Source: an uncultured Gemmatimonadales bacterium
GTDB lineage: Bacteria; Gemmatimonadota; Gemmatimonadetes; Longimicrobiales; RSA9
Direction of reading: 5' to 3'
Length of the DNA: 64,000 bases
Assembly: GCA_963741945.1 (NCBI GenBank)
Contig: CAVUKA010000005.1
Coordinates: forward strand, 480,001-544,000
The notes beneath the pieces are model-generated. The model had not been told where the DNA came from. It made no database searches and saw only the letters and a program-made list of their open reading frames with translations. This document shows positions 1 through 8,168 of the stretch, in pieces (the stretch's first letter is position 1; every line of letters starts with the position of its first letter). Both the position numbers and the translations under genes were made by a program.

Positions 1-61
1 GCGGCAGCGCGAATCGGCGCTGCGGCTCGGGGGCATCCTCATTGACGAAAGCTCGTGACAT
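1..61 (-). CDS. 5' end of a CDS running off the window (MSRAFVNEDAPEPQRRFALP...)
   Basis: ATG at 61 (minus) preceded by GGAGG. An MSRAFVxED N-terminus is seen in some GreA/GreB-like and hypothetical proteins. Only 20 codons are visible. Confidence 0.6.
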   Translation of the reverse strand, partial: MSRAFVNEDAPEPQRRFALP

Positions 62-249
62 GGCACCTCCACGTTGAATGTGCCCCGGGCGCGGCGGCAC
101 TACAAGCCGAGGGCGCTGTCATACCGGCAGGAGGTGGCCTCCGGACGCCATTTAGGCGGGTGGGCGCCGGTCGGAGCGGCCGGGGCTCTGGCGGGTATAG
201 AGCTCGTGAAGCGCGTGTTCGCGGGCAGAAGGAGCTTGTGGCCGACTTC

Positions 250-265
250 TGGCAAGCATACTGCT
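250..265 (+). promoter_or_regulatory. putative sigma-54 (-24/-12) promoter upstream of lon
   Basis: TGGCAAG-CATA-CTGCT matches TGGCACG-N4-TTGCW with correct GG/GC spacing and 2 mismatches. Confidence 0.45.
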
Positions 266-390
266 TCCTTAACCGTGGTTAACACGCTCGCCGTCCGAAA
301 CGGCAGAGCAGGTAGACGAGGCGAGGATCCGCGGTCAGAGGGGTGGCGGGGGCTCGCGAGAGGAACCGAGAGGGGAAGGGGCAACGCACT

Positions 391-3096
391 ATGGGTGATC
401 GAATCAGGCTGCCGGTCCTGCCGCTGCGGGAGACGGTGGTGTTCCCCGGCGTGACCGTTCCGATCAGCGCGGGTCGGCCCGGCACGGTGGAGGCGATACA
501 GAAAGCGATGGCGGAAGACCGCCGCATGTTCGCGGTGTGCCAGAGCGAGAACGAGGACGATCCCAGCCCGGAGGTCCTGCACGACTTCGGCGTGATCGTG
601 CGCGTGGTGCAGGCACAGCGGGTACGGGGCGGGCTGCAGCTCCTGATCCAGGGAGAGCAGCGCGCCCGTTCGCTGGAGGTGACGCAGGAGGGTGAGCGCG
701 GACTGGAAGCGGTGGTCCGTGTGGTGGAGGATCAGCCGGTATGGAACCCGGAGGACCCGGCGTACAAGGCGCTCGACCGTGAGCTGCGCGAGCGGTCCGT
801 GGAGCTCGGCCGTCGCCGGGGGATCCCGGACGAAGCGCTGCAGCAGCTGGTGGAAGGGATCGAGGATCCGGGTCGCTTTGCCGACATGGTGTCGTTCTAC
901 CTGGAGGTTCCTGCCTCGGAGAAGCAGGAGCTGCTGGAGATGCTGCCGGTGGAGAGCCGCATGCGTCAGGTCCTGCTGTCCGTCGAGCGGGATCTCGTGC
1001 GCCTCGAGGCGCAGGAGGAGATCCAGCAGCGTGTACAGCAGGAGCTCGGCGAGAAGCAGCGCGAGATGGTGCTGCGCGAGCAGCTCAAGGCGATCCAGAA
1101 GGAGCTGGGTGAGGAGGACGCCGAGAACGAAGCCGAGGCGCTGCGGCAGCAGCTGGATGCCCTCGATCTCCCGGAGGCCGCGAGGGAGGAGGCGGACCGC
1201 GAGCTGAACCGGCTCCGTCGCACGCATCCACAGTCGGCGGAGTACCAGGTCATCCGGACCTACCTGGACTGGGTGACCGAGCTGCCGTGGAACGACCGGA
1301 CGGAGGATGCCATCATCCTCGATCGGGCGGAGCGGATCCTGGACGAGGATCATTACGGCCTCGAGGACGTGAAGGACCGCGTGGTCGAGTTCCTGGCCGT
1401 GCGCAAGCTCCAGATGGAGCGAGCGGACCGCGAGGCCCGTGAGGCGGAGGAAGCGGCCGCCGAAGCGGAGGAAGCGGCCGCCGAAGCGGCCGCCGAGGCG
1501 GCGGCCGCGGCCGGGCCAGAGGACGGTGAGGCGGAGGCCGAGGCGGACGAGGCGGCCGACGCGATCGGCGAGTCCCCGGATGCGGTGTCGGCGTCGAATG
1601 ATGCGCCGGAGGTTTCCACCACGGGCGCCGTGGAGGGCGGTGAAGTGCCCGCTCCCACCCGTGAGCGGAAGCCGTCGCCCGACGAGGAGTCGCCCGAGGA
1701 TGCCGACATGGCGCGCTCCCGTGCCGTGGGCAAGGGGCCGATCCTGCTCTTCGTGGGCCCCCCCGGCGTCGGGAAGACGTCGATCGCCAAGTCCATCGCC
1801 CGGGCGCTGGGCCGGAAGTACGTGCGCATCGCCCTCGGCGGCGCACGCGACGAAGCGGACATCCGCGGCCACCGGCGCACATACGTCGGTGCCATGCCCG
1901 GTCGGATCATCCAGGGGCTGAAGCAGGCCGGTACGAAGAACCCGGTGTTCCTGCTCGACGAGGTGGACAAGCTCGGTGTGTCGCTGCAGGGCGATCCATC
2001 GGCGGCGCTGCTCGAAGTGCTGGATCCGGCGCAGAACTTCCAGTTCGTGGACCACTACCTGGGGATGCCGTTCGATCTCTCGGAAGTGCTGTTCATTGCC
2101 ACCGCCAACTACCAGGACCGCATCCCGGCGCCGCTCCAGGACCGGATGGAGCTGGTGGACTTCAGCGGATACACGGAGCAGGAGAAGCTGGAGATCGCCA
2201 AGCGCTATCTCCTCCCCAGGCAGCGGGACGACAACGGGGTGGACGAGGAGAGCCTCGAGGTCATGGATGAGGCGATCCTGCGGGTGATCAGCGAATACAC
2301 GCGGGAAGCGGGCGTGAGGCAGCTGGAGCGCGAGCTGGGCAAGCTGGCGCGAAAGGCCGCGCGTCGCATTGCCGGGGGTGACAAGGCGAAGGTCCGGGTG
2401 GATGCGGACGACATACAGCCGCTCCTCGGCCGCCCCCGGGTGCACCCCGAGGAAGCGGCGAAGGTGGACACGGTGGGTGTCGCCACGGGGATGTACTACA
2501 CGCCCATGGGGGGCGACATCATGTTCGTGGAGACCAGCGCGTCGAAGGGGAAGGACAAGCTGATCCTGACCGGCCAGCTGGGCGACGTGATGAAGGAATC
2601 GGCACGAGCCGCGCTCACCTACGCCAAGACGCACGCCGAGAGGCTGGGCATCTCCGCCGAGCAGCTTCGTGACACCGAGCTGCACATCCATGTGCCGGCC
2701 GGCGCGGTACCGAAGGACGGGCCGTCCGCAGGCGTTGCCATGGCGACGTCCGTGGTCTCGGCGCTCTCGGGGCGGCCGGTGCGGAACGATGTCGCGATGA
2801 CGGGTGAGATCACGCTCACGGGCCGGGTGCTGCCCATCGGCGGCGTGAAGGAGAAGGTCCTGGGCGCATTCCGCTCCGGCATCCGCACGGTGATCCTGCC
2901 GAAGGAGAATGAGCCGGACGTCGATGACCTGCCGGTGGAAGCCAGGGAGCAGATCGAGTTCCACTTTGCCGAGGATCTGGGCGAAGCACTGGCGCTCGCG
3001 CTGCGCGGCGCGCGCCTGGAGGATGGGGCGCTCACGTTCCCGGAGGGCGCGCTGGTCCACGAGGGCCACTCGGGGTCCGAGCAGGAGCTGCACTAG
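391..3096 (+). CDS. lon: ATP-dependent Lon protease (LonA) with a ~107-aa acidic insertion
   Basis: LPVLPLR N-domain, Walker A GPPGVGKT, RRTYVGAMPG, LLDEVDK, catalytic PKDGPSAG and IGGVKEK. Confidence 0.97.
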   Translation: MGDRIRLPVLPLRETVVFPGVTVPISAGRPGTVEAIQKAMAEDRRMFAVCQSENEDDPSPEVLHDFGVIVRVVQAQRVRGGLQLLIQGEQRARSLEVTQEGERGLEAVVRVVEDQPVWNPEDPAYKALDRELRERSVELGRRRGIPDEALQQLVEGIEDPGRFADMVSFYLEVPASEKQELLEMLPVESRMRQVLLSVERDLVRLEAQEEIQQRVQQELGEKQREMVLREQLKAIQKELGEEDAENEAEALRQQLDALDLPEAAREEADRELNRLRRTHPQSAEYQVIRTYLDWVTELPWNDRTEDAIILDRAERILDEDHYGLEDVKDRVVEFLAVRKLQMERADREAREAEEAAAEAEEAAAEAAAEAAAAAGPEDGEAEAEADEAADAIGESPDAVSASNDAPEVSTTGAVEGGEVPAPTRERKPSPDEESPEDADMARSRAVGKGPILLFVGPPGVGKTSIAKSIARALGRKYVRIALGGARDEADIRGHRRTYVGAMPGRIIQGLKQAGTKNPVFLLDEVDKLGVSLQGDPSAALLEVLDPAQNFQFVDHYLGMPFDLSEVLFIATANYQDRIPAPLQDRMELVDFSGYTEQEKLEIAKRYLLPRQRDDNGVDEESLEVMDEAILRVISEYTREAGVRQLERELGKLARKAARRIAGGDKAKVRVDADDIQPLLGRPRVHPEEAAKVDTVGVATGMYYTPMGGDIMFVETSASKGKDKLILTGQLGDVMKESARAALTYAKTHAERLGISAEQLRDTELHIHVPAGAVPKDGPSAGVAMATSVVSALSGRPVRNDVAMTGEITLTGRVLPIGGVKEKVLGAFRSGIRTVILPKENEPDVDDLPVEAREQIEFHFAEDLGEALALALRGARLEDGALTFPEGALVHEGHSGSEQELH

Positions 3097-3130
3097 CGGC
3101 GCGCCCGTCCGCCAGCGGGACGGGTGACAC

Positions 3131-3165
3131 GAAGAGGGCCGGGAGCGTGACTCCCGGCCCTCTTC
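3131..3165. terminator. hairpin between convergent lon and aldehyde dehydrogenase genes
   Basis: perfect 15-bp stem gaagagggccgggag / ctcccggccctcttc with 5-nt loop. Confidence 0.75.
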
Positions 3166-3186
3166 GCATGCCGCCGGTCCCCGGTA

Positions 3187-4578
3187 TCAGGCCGGCAGGC
3201 CGTCGATCACGTCATCCACGGCCACAGTCTTCGTGTTCACGAACTCGTGCATCCCCACGCGGGCCAGCTCCCGGCCGTACCCGCTGCTCTTGATCCCGCC
3301 GAACGGGAGCCTCGGATCACTGGCCACCATGCGGTTGATGAAGACCGCGCCGGCTTCGATCCGGTCGAGGAACGCATCACGCTCAGCGCGCTCCCGGGTC
3401 CACGCGCTGGCGCCGAGACCGAAACGGGTTCGGTTGGCCACCTCGATGGCTTCGTCCAGGGAGCCCACGGTGAAGATGGCCGCGAGCGGACCGAACGTCT
3501 CCTCGGCGGCGGCCGGGCTGTCGAGCGGCACGCCGGTGAGCACGGTCGGCAGGTAGAACCATCCCGGCCGATCCGGAGCGCGTCCACCGGTCCGAAGGGA
3601 TGCGCCGGCCTCGAGGGTGCGATGCACCTGGTCCGCCAGGTCGTCCCGGATCTGCTCCGTCGCCAGCGGCCCAATGTCCGTGGCGGCGTCCATCGGATCT
3701 CCCACGGTCAGCGCCTCGGTCCGCTGCACGAACCCCGCGACGAACGCGTCGGCCACCGCCTCGTGCACGATGAACCGCTTGGCCGCGATGCAGCTCTGGC
3801 CATTGTTGATGTGGCGCGCGGTGACGGCGGTCTCCACCGCGCTCTCCAGGTCGGCGCTCGGCATCACGATGAACGGATCGCTGCCGCCAAGCTCCAGCAC
3901 CGTCTTCTTGACCTGCTGTCCGGCGGTGCCCGCCACCGAGGCTCCCGCCCCTTCGCTCCCCGTGAGCGTGACCGCATGCACGCGCGGGTCCTCGATCACG
4001 GAAGCCACGCGACCGGACTCGATCAGGAGCGTCTGGAACGCGCCCTCGGGGAAGCCCGCCTGGTGGAAGATCCCCTCGATGGCGAGGGCGCACGCGGGAA
4101 CATTGGACGCGTGCTTCAGCAGCCCGACGTTTCCCGCCATGAGGGCGGGCGCGGCAAACCGGAACAGCTGCCAGAAGGGGAAGTTCCACGGCATCACGGC
4201 CAGCACCGTCCCGAGCGGCTGATAGCGGACGAGGCTGCGCTCCGCGGCCGCGGAGACCGGCTCGTCCGCCATGAACCGGGGACCGTTCTCGGCGTAGTAC
4301 CTGCACGCCCAGGCACACTTCTCCGCTTCCGAGACCGCCGCGCCGAGGGGCTTCCCCATCTCCCGCGTCATCAGCGCGCCCCAGCGGTCCCGCTGCGATT
4401 CCAGGATCTCCGCCGCCCGCGTGAGCCAGCGGGCGCGGTCTTCGAACGAAGTCCTCCGGTACGAGGCGAACGTCTCCGCCGCGGCCGCGATCCTGTCATC
4501 GAGCGCCCGCCCGTCGAGCGTATCGAACGTCTCGACCACTTCTCCGGTCGTTGGATTCATGCTGCGCATGGTGCCCAT
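3187..4578 (-). CDS. gabD: NAD(P)-dependent aldehyde dehydrogenase, succinate-semialdehyde dehydrogenase (Sad/GabD1-like)
   Basis: MPWNFPFWQ, LKHASNV, LELGGSDP, NGQSCIAAKR, EETFGP, PFGGIKSSGYGREL. Confidence 0.9.
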   Translation of the reverse strand: MGTMRSMNPTTGEVVETFDTLDGRALDDRIAAAAETFASYRRTSFEDRARWLTRAAEILESQRDRWGALMTREMGKPLGAAVSEAEKCAWACRYYAENGPRFMADEPVSAAAERSLVRYQPLGTVLAVMPWNFPFWQLFRFAAPALMAGNVGLLKHASNVPACALAIEGIFHQAGFPEGAFQTLLIESGRVASVIEDPRVHAVTLTGSEGAGASVAGTAGQQVKKTVLELGGSDPFIVMPSADLESAVETAVTARHINNGQSCIAAKRFIVHEAVADAFVAGFVQRTEALTVGDPMDAATDIGPLATEQIRDDLADQVHRTLEAGASLRTGGRAPDRPGWFYLPTVLTGVPLDSPAAAEETFGPLAAIFTVGSLDEAIEVANRTRFGLGASAWTRERAERDAFLDRIEAGAVFINRMVASDPRLPFGGIKSSGYGRELARVGMHEFVNTKTVAVDDVIDGLPA

Positions 4579-4644
4579 CCGAGCCTCCGCTGCAGGAACG
4601 TGTAGGAACGTACCCGACCTGCAACTCTCGCGCACGCGCCTCCG

Positions 4645-4691
4645 AACCACCCCCGCGCGGCTCGCGCAACCACCCCCCGCGCGGCTGGCGC
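4645..4691. repeat. two near-identical 23/24-bp tandem direct repeats in a divergent intergenic region
   Basis: aaccacccccgcgcggctcgcgc followed by aaccaccccccgcgcggctggcgc. Confidence 0.8.
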
Positions 4692-4761
4692 AGGGGCACC
4701 GGTCCCGGGATCGGCCGCGCGGCCGTATGTTGGTCGCGAAGCAACGTCAACGGGAGGATCG

Positions 4762-5565
4762 ATGCGTCCCCTGGAGATCACGCGCGCCGGCGTTCTCGGC
4801 ACCGTGGCGGTTCTGGTGGTGGCCGCGGTCTGCGTCCGCCTCGGGATCTGGCAGCTGCACCGCCGCGAAGGCCGCCTCGCCCACAACGCGGTGGTCGCGG
4901 CGAGGATGTCGGCAGACCCAATGGAAGTGACAGAGGCCATCCGCGACACCACCGGCCTCACCTATCGCCGCGCCATCATCGAGGGCGAATACGACGGCGA
5001 CCGCACGATCGTCCTGGCCGGGCGCAGCTATCGGGAAATGCCGGGCGTCCACGTGTACTCGCCGCTGCGGCTGGCGGGAGGCGCGGTGCTCGTGAACCGG
5101 GGCTGGGCTCCGGCCGCCGACGCCGCCACGGTCGACATGGCCGGGTTCCGCCTCCGGGGACCGATTCGCGTGGAGGGGATCCTCATGCCATTCCCGGACA
5201 TCCACGTGGAGGTCCAGGAGAGCGGTTTCCGGACGCGGTGGTTCCGTCTCGCCGGCGACGCCATCCGTCGACAGTACCCGTACCCCGTCGCGCCGCTCTA
5301 TCTGCTCGCCACGTCGCCGCCACCGACGCCCGCCTCCGGGCAGGCGGGCGCCTCGTCCGGGGCGGAGCGTCGGCTGCCGATCCGGGCCGACCCCCCGGAG
5401 CTGACCGGTGGACCGCACCTGTCGTACGCCATCCAGTGGTTCAGCTTCGCCACCATCTTCATCGTGGGATGGATCGCGCTGCTGCTGCGGGGGAGCCGGG
5501 AAGCCCCCGGCGGAGGCGGCGCCGGAACGCTGCGGCCCGGTGGCGATCGGCGGCCGCACGACTGA
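4762..5565 (+). CDS. SURF1 family protein (heme-copper oxidase assembly)
   Basis: LGIWQLHR, VLVNRGW, HLSYAIQWFSFA, with terminal TM helices. Confidence 0.9.
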   Translation: MRPLEITRAGVLGTVAVLVVAAVCVRLGIWQLHRREGRLAHNAVVAARMSADPMEVTEAIRDTTGLTYRRAIIEGEYDGDRTIVLAGRSYREMPGVHVYSPLRLAGGAVLVNRGWAPAADAATVDMAGFRLRGPIRVEGILMPFPDIHVEVQESGFRTRWFRLAGDAIRRQYPYPVAPLYLLATSPPPTPASGQAGASSGAERRLPIRADPPELTGGPHLSYAIQWFSFATIFIVGWIALLLRGSREAPGGGGAGTLRPGGDRRPHD

Positions 5566-5654
5566 GGTGCGGCGAAAGGCGCGGGAACAAACCCCGGGGT
5601 CCCGGCGCTATCAACTGCGAAGCCCCGGACCCCAGACAGAGAGGAGCATCCCCG

Positions 5655-6263
5655 ATGAAGATGGTGATCCCGGTTGTGGCCGTTGCCATGGCCGCGCTTC
5701 CAGCGCAGAGGGCCGCCGCCCAGGCGTGCCTGGGGCTGCCCACCCGCGATGGCGCGATCGCAGTGGCCGCCGTTGCCGATCTCGGGCAGGGCGACGCCGC
5801 CTACGGCGCAGAGTTCACGGCCGATGTTTCCGGTCCCGCGTCGTTCCGCTTCGGCTACACCGACGCGGGCGACGGAGACGCGCGCACGTTCACCGGGCTG
5901 GCGAGTTACGACTTCTTCCTGGTCGAGCCGTCGGTCTGCGCCGTAGGCGGGGTCACGTACGTGGCGGACCCGGAGCCCCACGTCGCAGACCGACTGGGTG
6001 TCCCGGTGGGCCTCGGGATCGGCAAGACGCTGGCGTATCCCCACTACAGCGCCACGATCTACGCCCTGCCCCAGTACGTATGGGTGCGTGAAAAGGTCAC
6101 GGACCCGCTCCGCGGCGAAACCACGGGGACATCGAACGAGTTTCGCGCCGAGGCCGGGGCCACCCTGGCGCTCTTTCCCTTCTACGTGGGTGGCGCGGTG
6201 GTGGTCTCCACGGTGGGCGATGGGGACCCGGCCTTTCGACTCCGGCTGGGCCTGACCTTCTGA
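5655..6263 (+). CDS. hypothetical exported protein, probable outer-membrane beta-barrel
   Basis: GAGGAG RBS, signal peptide ending AAAQA, C-terminal RLRLGLTF beta-signal. Confidence 0.7.
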   Translation: MKMVIPVVAVAMAALPAQRAAAQACLGLPTRDGAIAVAAVADLGQGDAAYGAEFTADVSGPASFRFGYTDAGDGDARTFTGLASYDFFLVEPSVCAVGGVTYVADPEPHVADRLGVPVGLGIGKTLAYPHYSATIYALPQYVWVREKVTDPLRGETTGTSNEFRAEAGATLALFPFYVGGAVVVSTVGDGDPAFRLRLGLTF

Positions 6264-6724
6264 TGCCGCGGGCCCGGTTGACCCGCGGGGCCGCGTGCCT
6301 CGCCGTCGCCACTCTCGCGCTGGCCCCGCTCGTGGCGTGCAGTGGCGACGGCACGGGCCCCTCCGACCGGGATCTCGTGGGGGTTTGGGGCGCGCTGAGG
6401 TTCGAGTACACCTCCGCCGCCCAACCGCCCCTCAGTCGGGACATCGTGCAGGACGACGGCGCCAGCTACACGATCGACTTCACCCTCGAGGGAACGTACA
6501 CCACGCGCCTCTCCGAGCAGAGCGGCACTACCAGGGACGCCGGCACCTTCGACATCAGGGGGAGCACGCTGGTGCTGGTTTCCAACGACGGCCCGCGGGT
6601 GGAGTACGAGCAGTCGCTGGAGAACGGCTTCATGACGCTCCGGCGCCAGGATGCGGCCTTCGACTTCGACAGCGACGGGACCCCCGAGCCCGCCTCGCTG
6701 TTCATACGCCTCCAGCACTTCTGA
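6263..6724 (+). CDS. hypothetical lipoprotein, lipocalin-like
   Basis: lipobox LVAC, LVGVW motif, TGATG overlap with the upstream gene. Confidence 0.7.
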   Translation: MPRARLTRGAACLAVATLALAPLVACSGDGTGPSDRDLVGVWGALRFEYTSAAQPPLSRDIVQDDGASYTIDFTLEGTYTTRLSEQSGTTRDAGTFDIRGSTLVLVSNDGPRVEYEQSLENGFMTLRRQDAAFDFDSDGTPEPASLFIRLQHF

Positions 6725-6848
6725 GTGGCCGGAACGGCGCGGCCGTACACCGTGGCCCGGGCGCAGGATCATTGCGCGCGCAATGGATCGGCGTAGCTTG
6801 GACGGCGGGAGATCCCCCAGACGACACATCACACCGGAGGAATACCGA

Positions 6849-7109
6849 ATGGCCAAGGCACGCGGTGGACTCGCTCAGAAGGTCCAGCCGGACGCCCAGC
6901 TCGCGAGCGTGGTGGGCAGTGAGCCGATGACGCGCAGCGAGATCACCAAGAAGGTCTGGGACTACGTCAAGAAGAACAAGCTGCAGGATTCGCAGAACCG
7001 GCGAATGATCAATGCGGATGGCACGTTGCGGCCCATCTTCAACGGCCAGGATCAGGTCTCGATGTTCGAGATGACCAAGCTCGTCAACCAGCACGTCACG
7101 AAGGTCTGA
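6849..7109 (+). CDS. stand-alone SWIB/MDM2-domain protein
   Basis: GGAGG RBS, RSEITKKVWDYVKKNKLQD...RMINAD...VSMFEMTKLVNQH. Confidence 0.92.
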   Translation: MAKARGGLAQKVQPDAQLASVVGSEPMTRSEITKKVWDYVKKNKLQDSQNRRMINADGTLRPIFNGQDQVSMFEMTKLVNQHVTKV

Positions 7110-7131
7110 GCCGAGCAGAGCCGATCCGCAC

Positions 7132-7168
7132 CGAGGGGCCCGGGCACTTCCGCCCTCCGGGCCCCTCG
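7132..7168. terminator. hairpin between convergent genes
   Basis: 12-bp stem cgaggggcccgg / ccgggcccctcg. Confidence 0.55.
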
Positions 7169-7196
7169 CCGGCTGCCGCTCCACTGGCCGTCTCCA

Positions 7197-8168
7197 CTAC
7201 ATCTCCGGCCCACCGTCGGCGCTGTCGCTGACCCACTCCTTGGCCCACATGTCCCAGACCCCGATCCCGGACAGCAGCGCCAGGTTGGGGAACAGGAGCG
7301 GCGCGAAGACCGGGGCGCCGTAGATGATGCGCTCACGCAGCGTTGCCACGTCTTCAGTCAACGCGGGGTAGACGTGCAGCACGAATCCCACCAAACCCGT
7401 GACCACGGCCAGCGCCAGGACGCCGAGCGTGATGCGGAAGAAGAGGTGCGGGACCGGAACGAAGATGGGGACCAGGAGCCAGCCGACCACGAACGCCGCC
7501 ACGACCACCGGCATCCACTCCATGGTGTAGAAGAACCCGTTTTGCGCGTGGTCCAGGAGTGACAGCGCGAAATTCCCCAGGAATCCGCCCCAGGAGAGGA
7601 TGAGGACCCACTGCCCCCACTCCACGGAGTCGGTGGGCACGAGGCGGTTGGCCAGCAGAAGGAGCCCCAGACCCGTGAACGCCAGCGGGGCGACGAACGG
7701 GGCCGAGTAGACCAGGGTGCGCAGTGTCAGCGCCTGGAAGAAGTTGCTGTGGAGGTGCCAGAGCATGCCCGCCACCCCCACCGCCACCCCGGCAACGCCC
7801 ACCACCACCCCTAGCCACCATCCCGCGCCCTCCCGGAACGACCGGACACCGCCCCGACCCGCCCTCCCGCCAACGACGCCACGAACCGGCGCGGACACCG
7901 TCAGATTCACCAGGACCGCCAGGGCCGCGGCAATGGTGTAGGCCAGCGGAATCCACTCGGGGGCCCGGGCAAAAGCATTGACGGAATGGGCCACGTAGAT
8001 GTCCAGCGTCAGGAACGAGAAGTTCAGCGCGATGAACACCTCCACCAGGAACGGCCGGTTGGGTGAGAACCCCACCCACCGCGTCCTCGACCGCACTTCC
8101 GCCACCTCCTCGTTCCCGGCCACGTACGACGGCGGGACGCGAGGCGACCGGCGGCGCTCCGCTGTCAC
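7197..8168 (-). CDS. polytopic membrane protein with internal duplication and four conserved-position His (possible cytochrome b-like)
   Basis: GTG start overlaps the stop of the octaheme gene (GTGA). About 8 hydrophobic segments. Repeated H..N.F...EW.P and H....Y.AP..APL.F motifs. Confidence 0.75.
   Translation of the reverse strand: MTAERRRSPRVPPSYVAGNEEVAEVRSRTRWVGFSPNRPFLVEVFIALNFSFLTLDIYVAHSVNAFARAPEWIPLAYTIAAALAVLVNLTVSAPVRGVVGGRAGRGGVRSFREGAGWWLGVVVGVAGVAVGVAGMLWHLHSNFFQALTLRTLVYSAPFVAPLAFTGLGLLLLANRLVPTDSVEWGQWVLILSWGGFLGNFALSLLDHAQNGFFYTMEWMPVVVAAFVVGWLLVPIFVPVPHLFFRITLGVLALAVVTGLVGFVLHVYPALTEDVATLRERIIYGAPVFAPLLFPNLALLSGIGVWDMWAKEWVSDSADGGPEM

Noticed and set aside
286-345. Riboswitch in the lon leader
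   Set aside because: Only one short hairpin, with no recognisable aptamer consensus.
1411-1731. Possible intein in Lon
   Set aside because: No N-terminal C/S, no C-terminal HN, no LAGLIDADG motif. The segment is low-complexity and acidic.
100-3093. 997-aa minus-strand ORF, and similar long antisense ORFs (e.g. 16007-18709, 22054-25434, 39376-42042)
   Set aside because: These are shadow ORFs of real high-GC genes, with no motifs and Arg/Pro/His-rich composition.
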